From NCBI RefSeq assembly GCF_006345805.1, contig NC_043009.1, positions 61,194,001-61,258,000 of the forward strand: 64,000 bases of DNA. Reading direction: 5' to 3'. The notes under the pieces are model-generated. The model made no database searches. It was not told the origin of the DNA and saw only the letters and a list, made by a program, of their open reading frames with translations. The position numbers and the translations under genes are program-made. The first letter of the stretch is position 1; each line of letters opens with the position of its first letter. This DNA comes from Octopus sinensis (Eukaryota). Below, piece by piece: positions 1-14,789 of this stretch.

Positions 1-200
1 GATATTTTAGGATCGTTTTAATGGAGAAATTATAAAAAGTGTATAATGGAGGGCGAGGTGTTCACTTGTCGTATGACTATAGAGGTGGGGTGTGTTTATG
101 TAGAGTAGGGAGGGGGTATTTCTGAAATATATATATATATACATACATATATATATATATATATGAAGTGAGACAGAATGAGAGAGAGACGAAAACAGAG

Positions 201-259
<59 letters not shown>

Positions 260-2652
260 GAAAGACAGATAGATAGAGAGAGAGAAAGAGAGAGGTTGTT
301 ACGAAGACAAAGAGAGAGAAGTAAAAAACAGAGAGGGGGAAGATAAAGAGAAAAAGAAGGGGAGAGAGAGAAATGCAAGTTGTTTAGCATATTTGTATTA
401 AAAAAAAATCATAAGAAAGCCGGATTAATTAAGTTTTATATTGTACTTTAGTTTTGTTTAATTACATTAACGATGAACAAGAAATGTCAGTTTATGATGC
501 TGGTAGTCATGATGGAGGTAGTGGTGGTGGTGTTGGTGGTAGTGATGGACAAAACGATGATGATGGTGGTGGTGGTCGTGGTGGTATGAATATGTGTATG
601 GCACACATAATGTATGACAGCACTTTTAAAACATTTCTCAGTGCAAAAATCATATCTCTGGTTCAAGCACTGTGATTGAATTCCACTCTGTGGTGACTGT
701 GCCATACTGTCAAGTGTAGTGACCATTTCGATCTATTGGTTGTAGTGACCAATGCCACTGCATATGTTTATGCATAATGCTGTTTGGAGACATAGTCTTA
801 TCTGTTCTGGATGTCATCATATGCACGTGTGTGTGTGCATGTGTGTATACATATATGTATGCGTATATATGTCCACATCAAAGTTGATGACATAAAGTAG
901 ATTACGAAACAGCTGTAAACTCCACAGAAGTATTAAAATGCTTGTCTTTTACTTCTTCATGTTTTATTTGCTTTTTTATGTGTGTGTTTGTATACATGTA
1001 TGTATGTGTTTCTCTATATAAAGTTTTTGAATATCTTATCCTCATTTTTTTACTGTTTCAGTTTATGAAAAAATAAACCCAAAAACTTTTCTAATATTAC
1101 AAAGAGAAAGTGGAAACCTAAAAACTAATGGAATTTAAGAATAGGATGGAAATGGAATGGCAGTGGAAGAAATTTTTGGGAAGTATGACTTTAATTCCTT
1201 ATTCAGAAAAATGCCTAAGGGACACACACAGATTTAAAAGAGTGAAATTTTAAAGAAAATAACTGTTTAAATACCATATTTTTAATAAAGTAACACCTAC
1301 AAAATTCAGCAGTAGATAAAGATTTTAAGAACTGAGATAATTTATGGTTGAAACACAAAGGAAGGAATTAGTAGTAAGATATTAGAAAAATGTATGTTTT
1401 TTTTTTTTTGAAGGAGTAAATTAATTTAGTTAAGGTAAAGAAAATTTATGGCCATATAAAATAATAAAATGTAAAAAAAAAATTTAGGAGACATATAAGT
1501 TATGGAAATATTAAAATTTGTTAAAATAAGAAGTTAACACAGATTAAAGCGAGAAATCATAGTTGTTAAATGAGAATTCTCTTTTAAGCTATTTTACTCT
1601 AGAAAGCAGATTTATCCTCACAAAATTTAAGGAATGTTATGGTTGGAACTTGTTTTTTTTATGAGTTATGTGAAGTTTATAGAAGCAACATGACTGGGAG
1701 AAAATACCAATTGTATTTTTTAGGCAGATATTTAACATCATTACTGAAATAATAACCATGAAATTTAATTTTGCAGTAAAAGGGTTAAATACAACAAAGT
1801 TACCTTATGAAATTCTGGTGATATGGTCTGAAGGGGTTAAAAAAATGTTCTATAAAGGATTTGTACCGTATTAGATAGAGAATATTAAATGATGGTTAAA
1901 GGTTGAGAAACTAAACTTGACATATACATTATTCTACTGTCTTAGAATAATTTTATAAATGGTAAAAGACACACAGAAATTAAACAGCACATAGATGAGA
2001 GATAAATTAAATAGGATTAAAAAAATCTGTAAATGGCAAAGATAAATTAAGAAGATACAAAGTGAAAAATATACAAAAATATGCACAAATATATATGCTT
2101 ATAAAATGTATAACTCTAAATATATATATAATATATATATATATACATATATATATATACATATATATATATACACGCATAAATATATATACATATATAA
2201 ATACATATATATATAAATATAGATAGACAGATATACACATGTACACAAGTACATTAATTCATACTTGCACATTCATGTGTGCTTACACTCACATTCATAC
2301 ACACACACTTTGTATGTTTATACAAAGCTATACACTCAAACCAGTACAGACATATTCATACACATACCTATTACATAAACATAACCCTATGGTGCCTAAG
2401 AATATGCATTTAAATGATATTGCATCCATACACATCCATCCACGGATACATACACATACAAAAGCAAACATGCACAAAAGTGCTTATAATAAAACCCTCA
2501 TAACGCACACACACACACACAAACACACACCAACGCGAATACATATTCATATAAATGCAAATATCAGACATATGCATATAGTAGTATATGCAAAAACATA
2601 CAAATATACATACATATACATATATATATATATAAACACATACATACATATC

Positions 2653-2716
<64 letters not shown>

Positions 2717-2854
2717 GATATATATATGCAGGTATATATATATATGCAGATATATATATATATATATATGCAGATATCTATATCTATATATATATATATA
2801 TATATATGCAGATATCTATCTATATATATATATATATATATATGCAGATATCTA

Positions 2855-2899
<45 letters not shown>

Positions 2900-3229
2900 T
2901 ACACACACACACATAAATATATATATATATATATATGCAGATATATAAATGCACACATAATGGCAGGATTAATTAGGCTAAGTAAAGGAATCTTCGATCT
3001 TTCCGTTAATGGAGGAGAAAAGCAGAGTATGAATTAAATTTAGGAAAAGAGAGGGAAGCCTTGGTGAATGATGCAGTTTAACTCTTTGTACAGCAGATTA
3101 AAAAGGAGTTGCAAAGGAAAATTAGCAACATATTAAACACATGCACACATATACACACATGTATATGTATATATATATATGCCCATGTATGTATGCCTGT
3201 ATGTATGTGTGTGTGTGAGGTGTATATAG

Positions 3230-3270
<41 letters not shown>

Positions 3271-3744
3271 ATTCTGATGAATCTTCCATACAGCTGTGCT
3301 GATCTCCAATTCAAGCATCTTGTAAGCTGTAAATAACCATTGAAATGTAAAGTACTGTACTCTGCTGTTAAATGTATTGAGTACTTTTTATGGTTTAAAC
3401 ACCCCAGGTGACAAAAACGAGCTTCCATTTGTTAGAATCCTGCCTCAAAGAGTTTCCCATCCAAACCTGTGCTAGCATGGAAAAACAGACGTCAAACAAG
3501 GAAAGATACTATATATATATATATATATATATATATGCATGTATACACATACACACAAATATGTGTGTTTGTGTGTGTGTGTGTATATATATGTATAGTG
3601 TATATATATCATGTATGTATATATGTATAATATATATATGGTGTATATATATATGAAATATACATTATATATTATATATGTATATTATGTATAAATATAT
3701 GTATTATACACATATGTCATGAATGTATACATGTATATGCTATG

Positions 3745-3786
<42 letters not shown>

Positions 3787-4363
3787 TTAAACATTGTAAC
3801 TGACTAGAAATAAAATACAGATTGTATTGTGGTGGTGGCGGTTGTGGTGGTGCTGATCGTGGTCAGAGTGGTGATGGCCATTGTGGTAGTAGTTGGTGGG
3901 TTGGGGTTCAGAAAGTTGTCCTGTGGCTGAAGTCGTCATTGTAATGTCCTGTAGCTCGGTCCCCAAATCTCAAATAGCAGAAATAAATTGTATTTAGTGA
4001 ACACAATATGTGGTTAAGTAAATTATCATTCGAGATTATGGCTGGAAGACAGAATTAGCAGAAGAATGGGAGAAATGAAGAAAATAACTCCAATCATGTT
4101 AAATATATTATTATCATTATTATTATTATTATTATTATTATTTGTGGCCTTTCTTCATTTGATAATATCTAATCTCGACTGTGTTTTATTTTACGGCTAT
4201 TTAAACAAGCAGAGATAGAGAGAGAAAGAGAGACAGGTTATGTATATATATATATGTATGTGTATGTATATATATATATATATATATTTTGTATATATAT
4301 ATATATATATATTTTGTGTATATATATATATATATATTTTGTATATATATATATATATTATTT

Positions 4364-4405
<42 letters not shown>

Positions 4406-6571
4406 TTAGAAGGTTTGGAGATGATGTACAGGTATTATATATTAGAAGAAATGAGGAACTCATTTCTTCTAATATACATACATACATATGTATATATATG
4501 CATATATATACATACATATGTATATATGTATATATATAATATACATACATATACATATAGATATACACATACATATATATATATATACATACATATGTAT
4601 ATATATGCATATATATACATACACACACACACATATGTAAGTGTGTGTGTACGTAATGATTTATTAATCTCAATGTTGACAAGCTTGTTAGTATTGATCT
4701 TAATAAATTTTGTATTACTCTGCTCCACATGAGCATTGAGTTCTTTTATACTCTTACTCAAGAGAACAGTCATATACTAATATATTAGCAAGTGTGTGTG
4801 TGTGTATGTGTGTGTGTGTATGTGTGTGTGTGTGTGTGGTGTGTGTAGATATTATGTTATGTGACCTAATGTCATATATTTAAGTGTGACTTATAATTTT
4901 AGCTATGTTGTGGCTTCTTTACTCTGTGATAGAAGACAGTTAAGGGTTTATTTATATGAATTAGGAGAAATTAACTGCTAGCATAGACAGCTAAAGTAAT
5001 TGTTAGTGTAGTGAGGAGGGAAAAGAGGAGAAATACAATGAAAATAAACACAAACATACATGTGTGTGTGTGTGTATGCTGTAATAATGAAGACAAATCA
5101 AGGTAGTATGTTTTGAAATTATTTAATATGCACATTTCAGGCCAGCATGATATATCATAGAAAATGCATCTATTACGTAAGATTTTCCTCAGTTAAAACA
5201 GTTCAAAATATTTTGAAATGTTTTAACAGAGGAAAGTCTTACATAATGGAATCATTTTCTTCTATATGTCATGCAAGTCTGCAAATGCTTGCAAAATATT
5301 GTCACTATTCACTTTAAATTCATTATTATAACTTATTACAACTTATACAGCCAGCATGATGCTAGTACAAACCAGTTCTTCCAGACTCTATTTATGTAGG
5401 TACTCTAACATTGATTCGGATCAGTTTGTTATATAATGTCCCAAGTCAAAAATTCTGGTACTGTGCACCACTTCTTAGCATAACACAAAATAAGTGTGTG
5501 TGTGTGTTCATATGTGTGTGTATATGTGGGTAAATATATATTTATATATATATACACATACATATATACATATATATTTTTCTATATATTACAAATATAT
5601 ATATATATATATACATACACACGCACATAGTTATATATATATATATATATATATTTATTTATGTATGTATGTATTTATATATACATACATATATATATAT
5701 ACACATAATTATATATATATATGATGCTGATGATACATATATATAATTATGTGTGTGTGTATATATATATGTGTGTGTGTATGTATGTATATATGTGTGT
5801 ATAGTGAGAGAGAGAAAAAAGAAAAAGAGAGAAGGGGTTGAGCTAATGAAATTACATGATGTTCGTGCCTTTTTTCGCAAGGGCATTAATGACGCGTATA
5901 AACCGAACTCACTGTAAATGTGAATTAAAAGCTGAGCAAGAGCTTGGCTCAGAAACTGTCCATGCAGCAGCACTTGTCACACTCACTATATTGAAGCTCT
6001 GCTAACTAAATGATCATAGCAACAGGAAAAAGAAGAAGAAGACAAGAAGAAGGCAAGAAGAAGAAGAAGAAATTCTTGAAGCCGGAAGCATTTAGTCTTA
6101 TAAAAATATAATGATAACTGGAGTTATTATGAAAGAGTATTGTAATCTTTAGAAAAAAGAAGAAAAGATTTTTTTAAAAAACCCATTGGTAGATAGATAT
6201 TCTGTTACTGTACATGAGAAATTGGAAGCTAATAATAACAATAATAAAATAGACAATAAATCTCTGAAACTAGAATACCAATTCTATAGATAAAAAAAAA
6301 AGTGTTTCTAAGACAACTCAAACACTTTTTGGTTTCTTTTCATTTTTCTTTAAATTTTGTTTTCAGTTTTTTTTTTTTTGGTTTGCTTTTTTGTTTTTGT
6401 TAAATATATAATTATTTATTTTTGGTTTGTTTCAGTTCCTTCATTTCACCTCCAGAAGTGCAAAGATAGTGAAAGGAATCATTAGAAGGAAGACATTCTT
6501 TTTTTTTTTTTTGCAAATTTACCTTCTTTTAAATTCCAAATTTGTATTCTCAGCTTTACACACACACACAG

Positions 6572-6629
<58 letters not shown>

Positions 6630-7413
6630 GTATATATATGTATATATATATATATATATATGACAGAGAGGGAAAGGGAGAGAGAGAGGGAGAGAGAGGG
6701 AAGGAGAGGAAGAAAGGATTTCATTCATTTGAAGCTGATGGTTCATTTAGTTACTACTCCGAGTTTCTCATGTGTTTAAGTAGGGAAGTAATAATGGCAT
6801 GAATCATCAGCCCCGAATATGCATATATATATATATATTTACATGTACATATATGTATATACATGTATATATATGCATTCATACATACATATATATATAT
6901 ATATACATATATATATAGATACACATACACACACATATATTTATGCATATATATATGCATACACATGCATTTCTTTTAATTTTTTGCATCAAATGTATGG
7001 GAAGAATTCAAATTGTCATGTTTATGTCTGAAATCTTTGGTGTTTGACCAAACATCCAAGTTGTTGAGACAACTTTGGTATGTTATTATATTATATTATA
7101 ACATATTATATTATATTATAACATATTATATTATATTAGAGATGGTGCTATAACTGATGGAAATTACCCAGGATGTAGTTCTTGCCAATTAACAACTTTA
7201 TTTATCAATATTAGCTCATACATTCCTTCTTTGTTCAATGGAAAATATTTTAAAGCTTAGCTATTTTAATTCGCAAATCAATTTTGCTTTTGTTCATATT
7301 TTTCAATGCCACCCACCTTAAATCAACAGACAGCAATCTGTGACATCTTCAAATCGTATGTTTTAATGCATGACTTTTTCCTATCAATTAGTCATATATC
7401 TTTGTCTTGTGAC

Positions 7414-7582
7414 CAAGCTGTCGTAGGGCATGGGCACACTAGGCAGTTACCTAGGGGTCCTCATGGGTCTAGGGGCCCAATTCTGATCTATGTATGTTGT
7501 GGCTTCTTGTCAATAAATAAACGATATTGAGCCCAGTTCATTGGTTTGTCTGGATGCCTATAAGGGAGCTAAAACAGCCCTG
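7414..7582. mobile_element. hAT-type MITE
   Basis: 8-bp TSD cttgtgac at 7406-7413 and 7583-7590. Ends caagctgt.../...acagccctg are imperfect TIRs of the CAGGGCTG type. An 8-bp TSD with CAG ends is typical of hAT. Confidence 0.7.
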
Positions 7583-7879
7583 CTTGTGACACAGAGTTAA
7601 TGACTCACTACAGAGCCATTGACTTCTGTCTGTATCTTCTCATCACACCCCATACACAACTGGTTAATTTTCCTTTCCTTTGAAAGTGTATTTCTATTTT
7701 ATCAATAGTCTCACAAACTCCTTAGTTTTGTAAATCCAACAAAAGTACTCTGACCTCAGCTAATGGCAGTGATCTTCCCTATTTATGATGGTTTCATCTA
7801 TCTAATAACCTTTACAATATCCAGTGTCCCAACTATGGATAATCACCTCAGTCCCTTTGCAATCTTGAAACTGATTGAC

Positions 7880-8260
7880 CCCAGCTTTTTACAGTAACCT
7901 ATCTACTTACAGCAACCCAGCTTACAGCAGCATCACATATTTAGTTACCTTACTTATTTCCAGTGATTTCATCTACTTAGTAACATTACCTAGTTACAGC
8001 GACCTTACCAACTTACCATGACCTTAGCTACTAACACTAACCTGTGACCTCAGCAACATATAGTAACCTTGACTGCTTACAATGACGTCATATACTATCA
8101 GCTACTTTTAGTGACATTAGCTACTGACAATGACCTCAAATATTTAAGGACCCAATTCCTGACTGCCCCAACCTATTTACTGTCACCTCACCCACTTCAT
8201 GACCTTGATTACATACAGTGACCTTAGCTGCTTAGTTACCCAGCCAATGACTGACTCTTG
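7880..8260. repeat. Degenerate minisatellite (approx. acagtgaccttagctactt unit)
   Basis: Recurrent gacct(t)agcta / agtaacctt / cagcaacc motifs at ~18-22 bp spacing. Confidence 0.45.
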
Positions 8261-8766
8261 TCTCCATACAGAGCTACCCCAAATCATCATGGTACCTGCT
8301 TGGAAACATCTCATTTAAGCTCAAAACTGAGACCACACTGTGAAGCACCAAATTTTTGTCATGGCAAATGTATAGGAATTAGTTTCGTATTTATGGATTA
8401 GTTCAACTAAATTTTGATGGTTATAATGGCAAGGTGTATAATAATCTACACACCAAGGGAGCTGCTGAAAATTAACACCACAAGACAGTAGATAGGAGTT
8501 ATTTAGTTGTTATCTGCCATGGTGAGAAAGTCTATAAATGTTGACTAGATTTAAACTACTGAATCTCTCACATAGGATACATGTTAGCTGTATGCTTCAA
8601 TTACACCTAAAAATAAAGCCAGTAGATATGTAAGGTATATATAAATATATATATATATATACACATATGTATGCATATAAACACACATATATGTATATAT
8701 GCATACATACACATATAAACACATATATACATATACATACATACACATATAAACACATATATACAT

Positions 8767-8835
<69 letters not shown>

Positions 8836-8911
8836 ATATATTATATATATATATATATAAGTATAGTAAATAGGGAGATGTATTATTAAAGCCAGGAAGC
8901 CTATACACAAA

Positions 8912-8956
<45 letters not shown>

Positions 8957-10326
8957 CATGTATGTATGTATGTATGTATGTATGTATGTATGTATGTATG
9001 TATGTATGCATGTATATAGTTTAAGGTTATATATTATTTAAGGCCAGTAATTATGGATATATATTACTCAGGGCAATAAATAAAAATATACATTATTTAA
9101 ACTTTGCATCACCAAAAGCTAAACAGCTGAAAACCAGCAACTACAGCCTGGTATATTTTGTAGCTTCCAGAAAATAAAGATTTTTGTTTCACTGCAGACA
9201 GACATTTGGTGAACAGATTTGGATCAATATACATCAGAATCATCTTAATTCAGTAAAATGCAGTAGATGATGTTTATGTCTCAGATTTCAAGAATCGAAG
9301 TAGAAAACATCTGCAAAGAATTACTGAATTCTTGCTAATGTAATAAGTACGTTATTGAAGAGTTAATATAAAAAGAGAAAGAGAGAGAGAGAGAGAAAAA
9401 AACACAATTAATCCTAATTAATCCTTAATGTTGATTATTGTATTTCTTTATATAACTCTTTGAGATGAAGGTCAAATTAGGGTGAGACAGAAGAAAGTAG
9501 ATGGACAGTATATTCTTTTGGAGACATTTTTTTTTTCCTTCAGTGAAGGTTCTTCGGGTTGGTCAGCTATGTGTGTGTGTGTGTGTGTGTATATACAATG
9601 TGTGTATGAGCCAAAGAAATATACCGAGATATTTTTCTGTAATCTAAACACCATGTTAGTAATATATAAATATTGGAAAAAAATTTAAATTTTAAGAAAT
9701 AATAAAGTATAAATTGGTTACCATTTCTTTAGTATTTCTGGCCTCTATTACCTATGTAACATAAATATACCAAATTTTTCCTATCCCCACTCCTAAATTT
9801 AGCCAGGTTTTAGGCAAACAACTAACTGGTCAATAGATTTTTCACCCTCTGAATTCTGACAAAATTTGATATTTCTTTATTAATTTCAAAACAGAGAATA
9901 AACTAATAGCATAACTTGCAAAATACCAAAAAAAAAAAAAACCCAAAACGGAATTATTATTGCTTTTGTTGTTATTAACACTTGTAATGCTGAAGACTGA
10001 GTTTTTGGATTTCTTATTTTTTGTTTCATACCACATCCCAAGCAACATCAGTTAATTGCCCCACCCCTGTCCAGGAAGCAACTGCAATTAGCACTGTTAG
10101 GGTTTTAAAAAGATAGAAACACACTATATATTTATTACAGGGTGTCAGATCAAATATCATTGTTGATCCACTTTATATATTCAGAAATTGACCTCTATAA
10201 ATTAAGCATTGTATACAATGAAAAAAAGAACCAACAAGAAAAAAAAAAAAGAAAACAAAAAGGAAGATATATTAAATGCCTAGATATCTTCTACCCATAT
10301 CATCATCATCATTATTATTATCATCA

Positions 10327-10376
<50 letters not shown>

Positions 10377-10599
10377 GCCATCGTAAGAATTTAGAAATTT
10401 CAAGAACATGGAATGATTCTTTTTAGGGATGGTGAATCTTGAAGCAAACAAAGCTATATATAATAGCATGCAAAAAACTTGGGTTCAAAACCCTTTGGAT
10501 GCAGCCTTTTCCTGTTCAAAGGAATTTTAAACCCAATTTTCTCATAGTATTATTCATAGCTTTATTTGCTTCAAGCTTCACCGTTTCTAAAAAGAACAA

Positions 10600-10636
<37 letters not shown>

Positions 10637-10765
10637 CAACTGATGCTATGAATGATATTATAACTCCTCAAAGTTTTGTAACCTTTTCTGCTAGTATCTC
10701 ATAAAATAAATACTGTTCATTTAAATTATCAAATCTGATAAATTACTGTGTCTGACGTAGTCACA

Positions 10766-10935
10766 TCAAGGTGGAGGACCTAACAGTGGATGACCACAAA
10801 GTCTAGCACTGGAATACTGTACAAAATAAAGGTTTGTCAGTTCAATCCTGGCCCAAGCAGGCATTTTATAAACAGGGAGAAATATATCCTTCAACACTGA
10901 ACAGTTGAAACTGTTTGACGTGCAGAAGGATTTAA
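10766..10935 (-). CDS. Candidate terminal coding exon, unknown product
   Basis: Minus-strand acceptor ttttgtcatttatcgcAG at 10936-10938. Phase-1 frame is open to TGA (KSFCTSNSFNCSVLKDIFLPVYKMPAW...LLGPPP*). No family recognised. Confidence 0.2.
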
Positions 10936-12013
10936 CTGCGATAAATGACAAAACAATGAGGTTGATTGTTTGAAATGCTATTATTCTGTATCAGTAACAA
11001 ATGAAAATAGATCTTGCTGTGAGATAATCTGAAGGTAACTTGGGCATAATGTTGTTTAGGTGGGGGATCAAAAAGTATACGTATGAACAGGATACTGTAA
11101 TGATAAATATAAATAGCGCAATACTGTATCATAGACATAACAATAAAACACTAATGGACAATTTATTGAAGTTACATCTTGCTATGATATCAAAAGAATA
11201 TTGAGCAAGATAATGAGGATAATTGAGGATGATAATGACAATGATCTTGGTAACAATAATGATGAAGTTGAAATAATATCACTCACAATATTAATATGGT
11301 ATCAGACACGATATCACGATATTAAACTAATATCATTCTCGATATTGGTATCACTATCAAACACAACATTAGCATAGTATGGGATATGATATGAAACTAA
11401 TACCAATCAACAGTACTGAACATACAAAACTAATATCAGTCAAGATAATAAAATAGTATCAGATTTATTTTTTTACATCAAAATAGTATTATTTAAGATA
11501 TTAAAGTGATATTGAAAATATTATTAAAACAACATTAGACATGATTTTATTATAGTAATGTGAGATGAAGTTAAAATAACGATCATTACATTTAAAATAC
11601 TGTTAGACACAATATCAAAATAATATTGGACATTGTACTAATACAATATTGAGCAGAATATTGAAATAATAATAGAGATATTTTAATAAAAAAAAAATAT
11701 CCATGAAAACAAACATCAATGCAAGGAATGGGATACTGTCCTAGTAATAGAAGGTGAGAAGGAGGAGAGAGAGAGACTGTCTTCTTGTTACTAATGGTCA
11801 GATACTGTTATACTGATAAGACAGACATTGTCTCTTAAAAGTTGAGAGGCATTGTCCTAGGATTAAAACTGGGGTACTATATCTTAGTGGACAAGAGTGG
11901 GAAAGTATGTTTTATCATCTAGGCTAATTAATATAATTATACACACATACAATCTTAAATACACTGACAAACATCCAATATATATATATATATATATATA
12001 TTATTTATAGATA

Positions 12014-12387
12014 TATATTAATCAAAGTGTATGGTATTATATAATTGTATATCCATTACAGCCAATCTTACTAATCGATTGCACACTAGAGGGTCAACAG
12101 AGGGTTAAGTAACTGTCCAATTATGCAACCTTGCACTCATCAGAGATAGCTGTTATGGAATGAAATATGGCATGCCATATTTCATTTCATAGCTGCTACC
12201 TCTGATGAGTGCAGGGTTACATAATCGGACAGTTACCTAACACTCAGTTGAACCCCTAGTGCGAAACCGACTGGTTAGATCAGCTATCATGGATATATAA
12301 TACCATACACTTTGATTAATATACCCACTCTGTTGATAGATATACAAGTGCATTTTTCCCTGACTTATGGACTCTTAGACGGCTTAC
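12014..12387. mobile_element. Head-to-head pair of a ~210-nt hammerhead-bearing element (Penelope pLTR / retrozyme-like)
   Basis: Imperfect palindrome with arms 12014-12172 and 12173-12323, centred on ggcatgcc. The plus copy continues to 12387 and matches the copy at 41958-42166 over its length. Confidence 0.8.
12190..12286 (+). ncRNA. Type I hammerhead ribozyme motif, core intact
   Basis: CUGAUGA 12202-08; stem II gtgc/gtgc (G-C, U.G, G.U, C-G) plus gggtt/aaccc; GAAA 12263-66; stem III acc/ggt with gact loop; GUU triplet 12274-76; stem I tacct/agat (one mismatch) plus tagctg/cagcta. Confidence 0.7.
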
Positions 12388-12465
12388 ATACATGCACACA
12401 CACATAAGTGGTCATTGTGTAATGGAACAATTTACAACATGTGGACGACACAGCCTGTCCATCAT
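12388..12465 (-). CDS. Candidate internal exon (78 nt), unknown product
   Basis: Acceptor ccttttctttcttttaactcccAG and donor GTAAGC. Open only in phase 1 ([25 protein letters not shown]). The donor lies inside the 3' end of the HHR element, so it may be coincidental. Confidence 0.2.
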
Positions 12466-12582
12466 CTGGGAGTTAAAAGAAAGAAAAGGAACAAGGAGTG
12501 CATGTATGTGTGTGCATGTGGGTAGATGCATGTATGTGTATGTTTATGTTGGTTTCTGTATATGCATGTGTGTGGAAGTGAG

Positions 12583-12672
<90 letters not shown>

Positions 12673-12734
12673 CATACACACACACACATATATATATACA
12701 CACATGCTTACATACAAACATATATATATATACT

Positions 12735-12781
<47 letters not shown>

Positions 12782-13046
12782 TATATATATATACACATAT
12801 ACATACATATATAATAATACAAATTCTTCTATTTGTTCCAGTCATTGGACTGTGGCCATGCTGTGGCATCAACTTCAACCATTTAGTCAATTATATTAAC
12901 TCCAGTTCTAGTTATTTTAGCTTGATATATATTTTATCGATCTTTATTTGTTGAACTGCTTGGTTATAGGATATAAAAAAGGTAACAACATAAACACTAC
13001 CAGTCTTTATTTAGACTATAGACACAGATACTTATACACATATACT

Positions 13047-13115
<69 letters not shown>

Positions 13116-13144
13116 TTGAATAGATAGATAGATATAGGTATGTA

Positions 13145-13188
<44 letters not shown>

Positions 13189-14237
13189 TATATATGTATG
13201 TACACATGTATGTTATGTATATGTAAATATATGTATGCATGTATATATAATACAGACATACATATTATATACATGTATATGTGTATGTTTATGTGTGTGT
13301 GTATGTGTGTATATATATATTATACATACACATACTCATTCACACACACATAGACATATATATTTACATATATATATTCATGTACACACAATACATATTT
13401 TGCAGTCACCTATTTTTTTTCTCTACATTTTTAGTGTTATTCAAAATTCTTAAAAATTTAAAAGAAATAAAAGGAAAGACAATAGAACATTGGACAAAGG
13501 AAAGCACAGGCACCTCCCTCCCTCCCTCCTCCCTCCCCCTTCTCTGATCCTGACTCATGCCACTTTGCACAAATTAGAAAATTCAACTGAATATTTTGCC
13601 GACAATGATCATGATGATAAATGTTATAGGAAAGAGAAATTTTGAGTTTTGACAAAGAAAATTAAATAGAGAGAAATTAAGAGTAATAGTAATAATAATA
13701 ATAATAATAATAATATAATAATAATAATAAAGAATTGAAAAAAAAATTAAATCACATTTAATAAATTAGACATATTTTGTATTTATTTGTGGTTCCAGTG
13801 AAACCCAGAAACAACATTCAAAGGATTTTTTTTAATGTTGTTCATTCATAAATCCGAAGACCAAGCAGGGTGGGGGATGGGGGCATGGATAAATTCGGAA
13901 CATTTAAATAATTTTAAAATATTGAAAAACAAAAAAAAAAAAGATGAAAGGAAAAGAAGAAAAAAAGCCCCTTCCCCCCTCCCCTTAAAAACAGAAAAAA
14001 GTACAAAACAAGAAACTGTCCATTTTTTTTTTTTTTTTATGTTTTCAATTGCAGTCGGTCGAAAATGCCTCAATCTCTCAACCCATTCCAGCTTAACAGA
14101 GGGTGACATAAGATAGGGGACAGAGTGTTGTAATATCTTCTCTTGATGCTGTTCATGATTATAAGTTTGTTGCGCAGATTATTTCTCTTCTGTGTTGCAC
14201 AAATCTCTCATGCAACTCATGTTATCAGGTGGCTTAC

Positions 14238-14358
14238 TTCTTCTCCTGTTGTCGATTGGCTCAAATAGGAGCCAATCAGAAGCAAGGCTGTCACGGACCA
14301 TGTGACTAGAGACAGGATACAACACTGTTTACTGATGCTCTTCTCACGACTTTTCTCC
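14238..14358 (-). CDS. Candidate 121-nt exon encoding a hydrophobic signal-peptide/TM-like segment
   Basis: Long polypyrimidine tract plus CAG acceptor (14359-61) and GTAAGC donor (14237-32). The one fully open frame reads EKSREKSISKQCCILSLVTWSVTALLLIGSYLSQSTTGEE. Confidence 0.35.
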
Positions 14359-14589
14359 CTGCAAAAAGAAAAAAAGAGAAGAAAAGAAAAAGACAAGAAA
14401 CAATGGATTAGAACTGTGATGATGATGATGATGAGGATGTTGATGATGTTGTTAATGATGATGATGATGATGATGATGATGGTTTACATGATTTTCATGA
14501 TTTCACTTAATTCTATAGTCAGTAATTCACATATAACAAAAGGAAAACTTTTAGAATATCAAATACAAAATTTTGTGAGGGAAATAATG

Positions 14590-14669
14590 ATGGTGGTGAC
14601 AGGAGAGGACTGTACGATTGTGATGATGATGACGATGATGATGATGGTGATGATGATGATGATGATGAC

Positions 14670-14719
<50 letters not shown>

Positions 14720-14758
14720 CGATGATGATGATGGTGATGGTGACGATGATGATGATGG

Positions 14759-14789
<31 letters not shown>

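Noticed and set aside
1050-1960. Possible decayed L1/Tx1-type LINE (A-rich plus strand)
   Set aside because: The composition is suggestive, but I could not recover any diagnostic protein motif.
10875-10960. Plus-strand exon reading RNISFNTEQLKLFDVQKDLTAINDKTMR
   Set aside because: The donor is weak, there is no partner exon, and it overlaps the minus-strand candidate.
14055-14102. Plus-strand exon after ttttcaattgcag
   Set aside because: The acceptor is good but the donor is weak, and the frames are short and unrecognisable.
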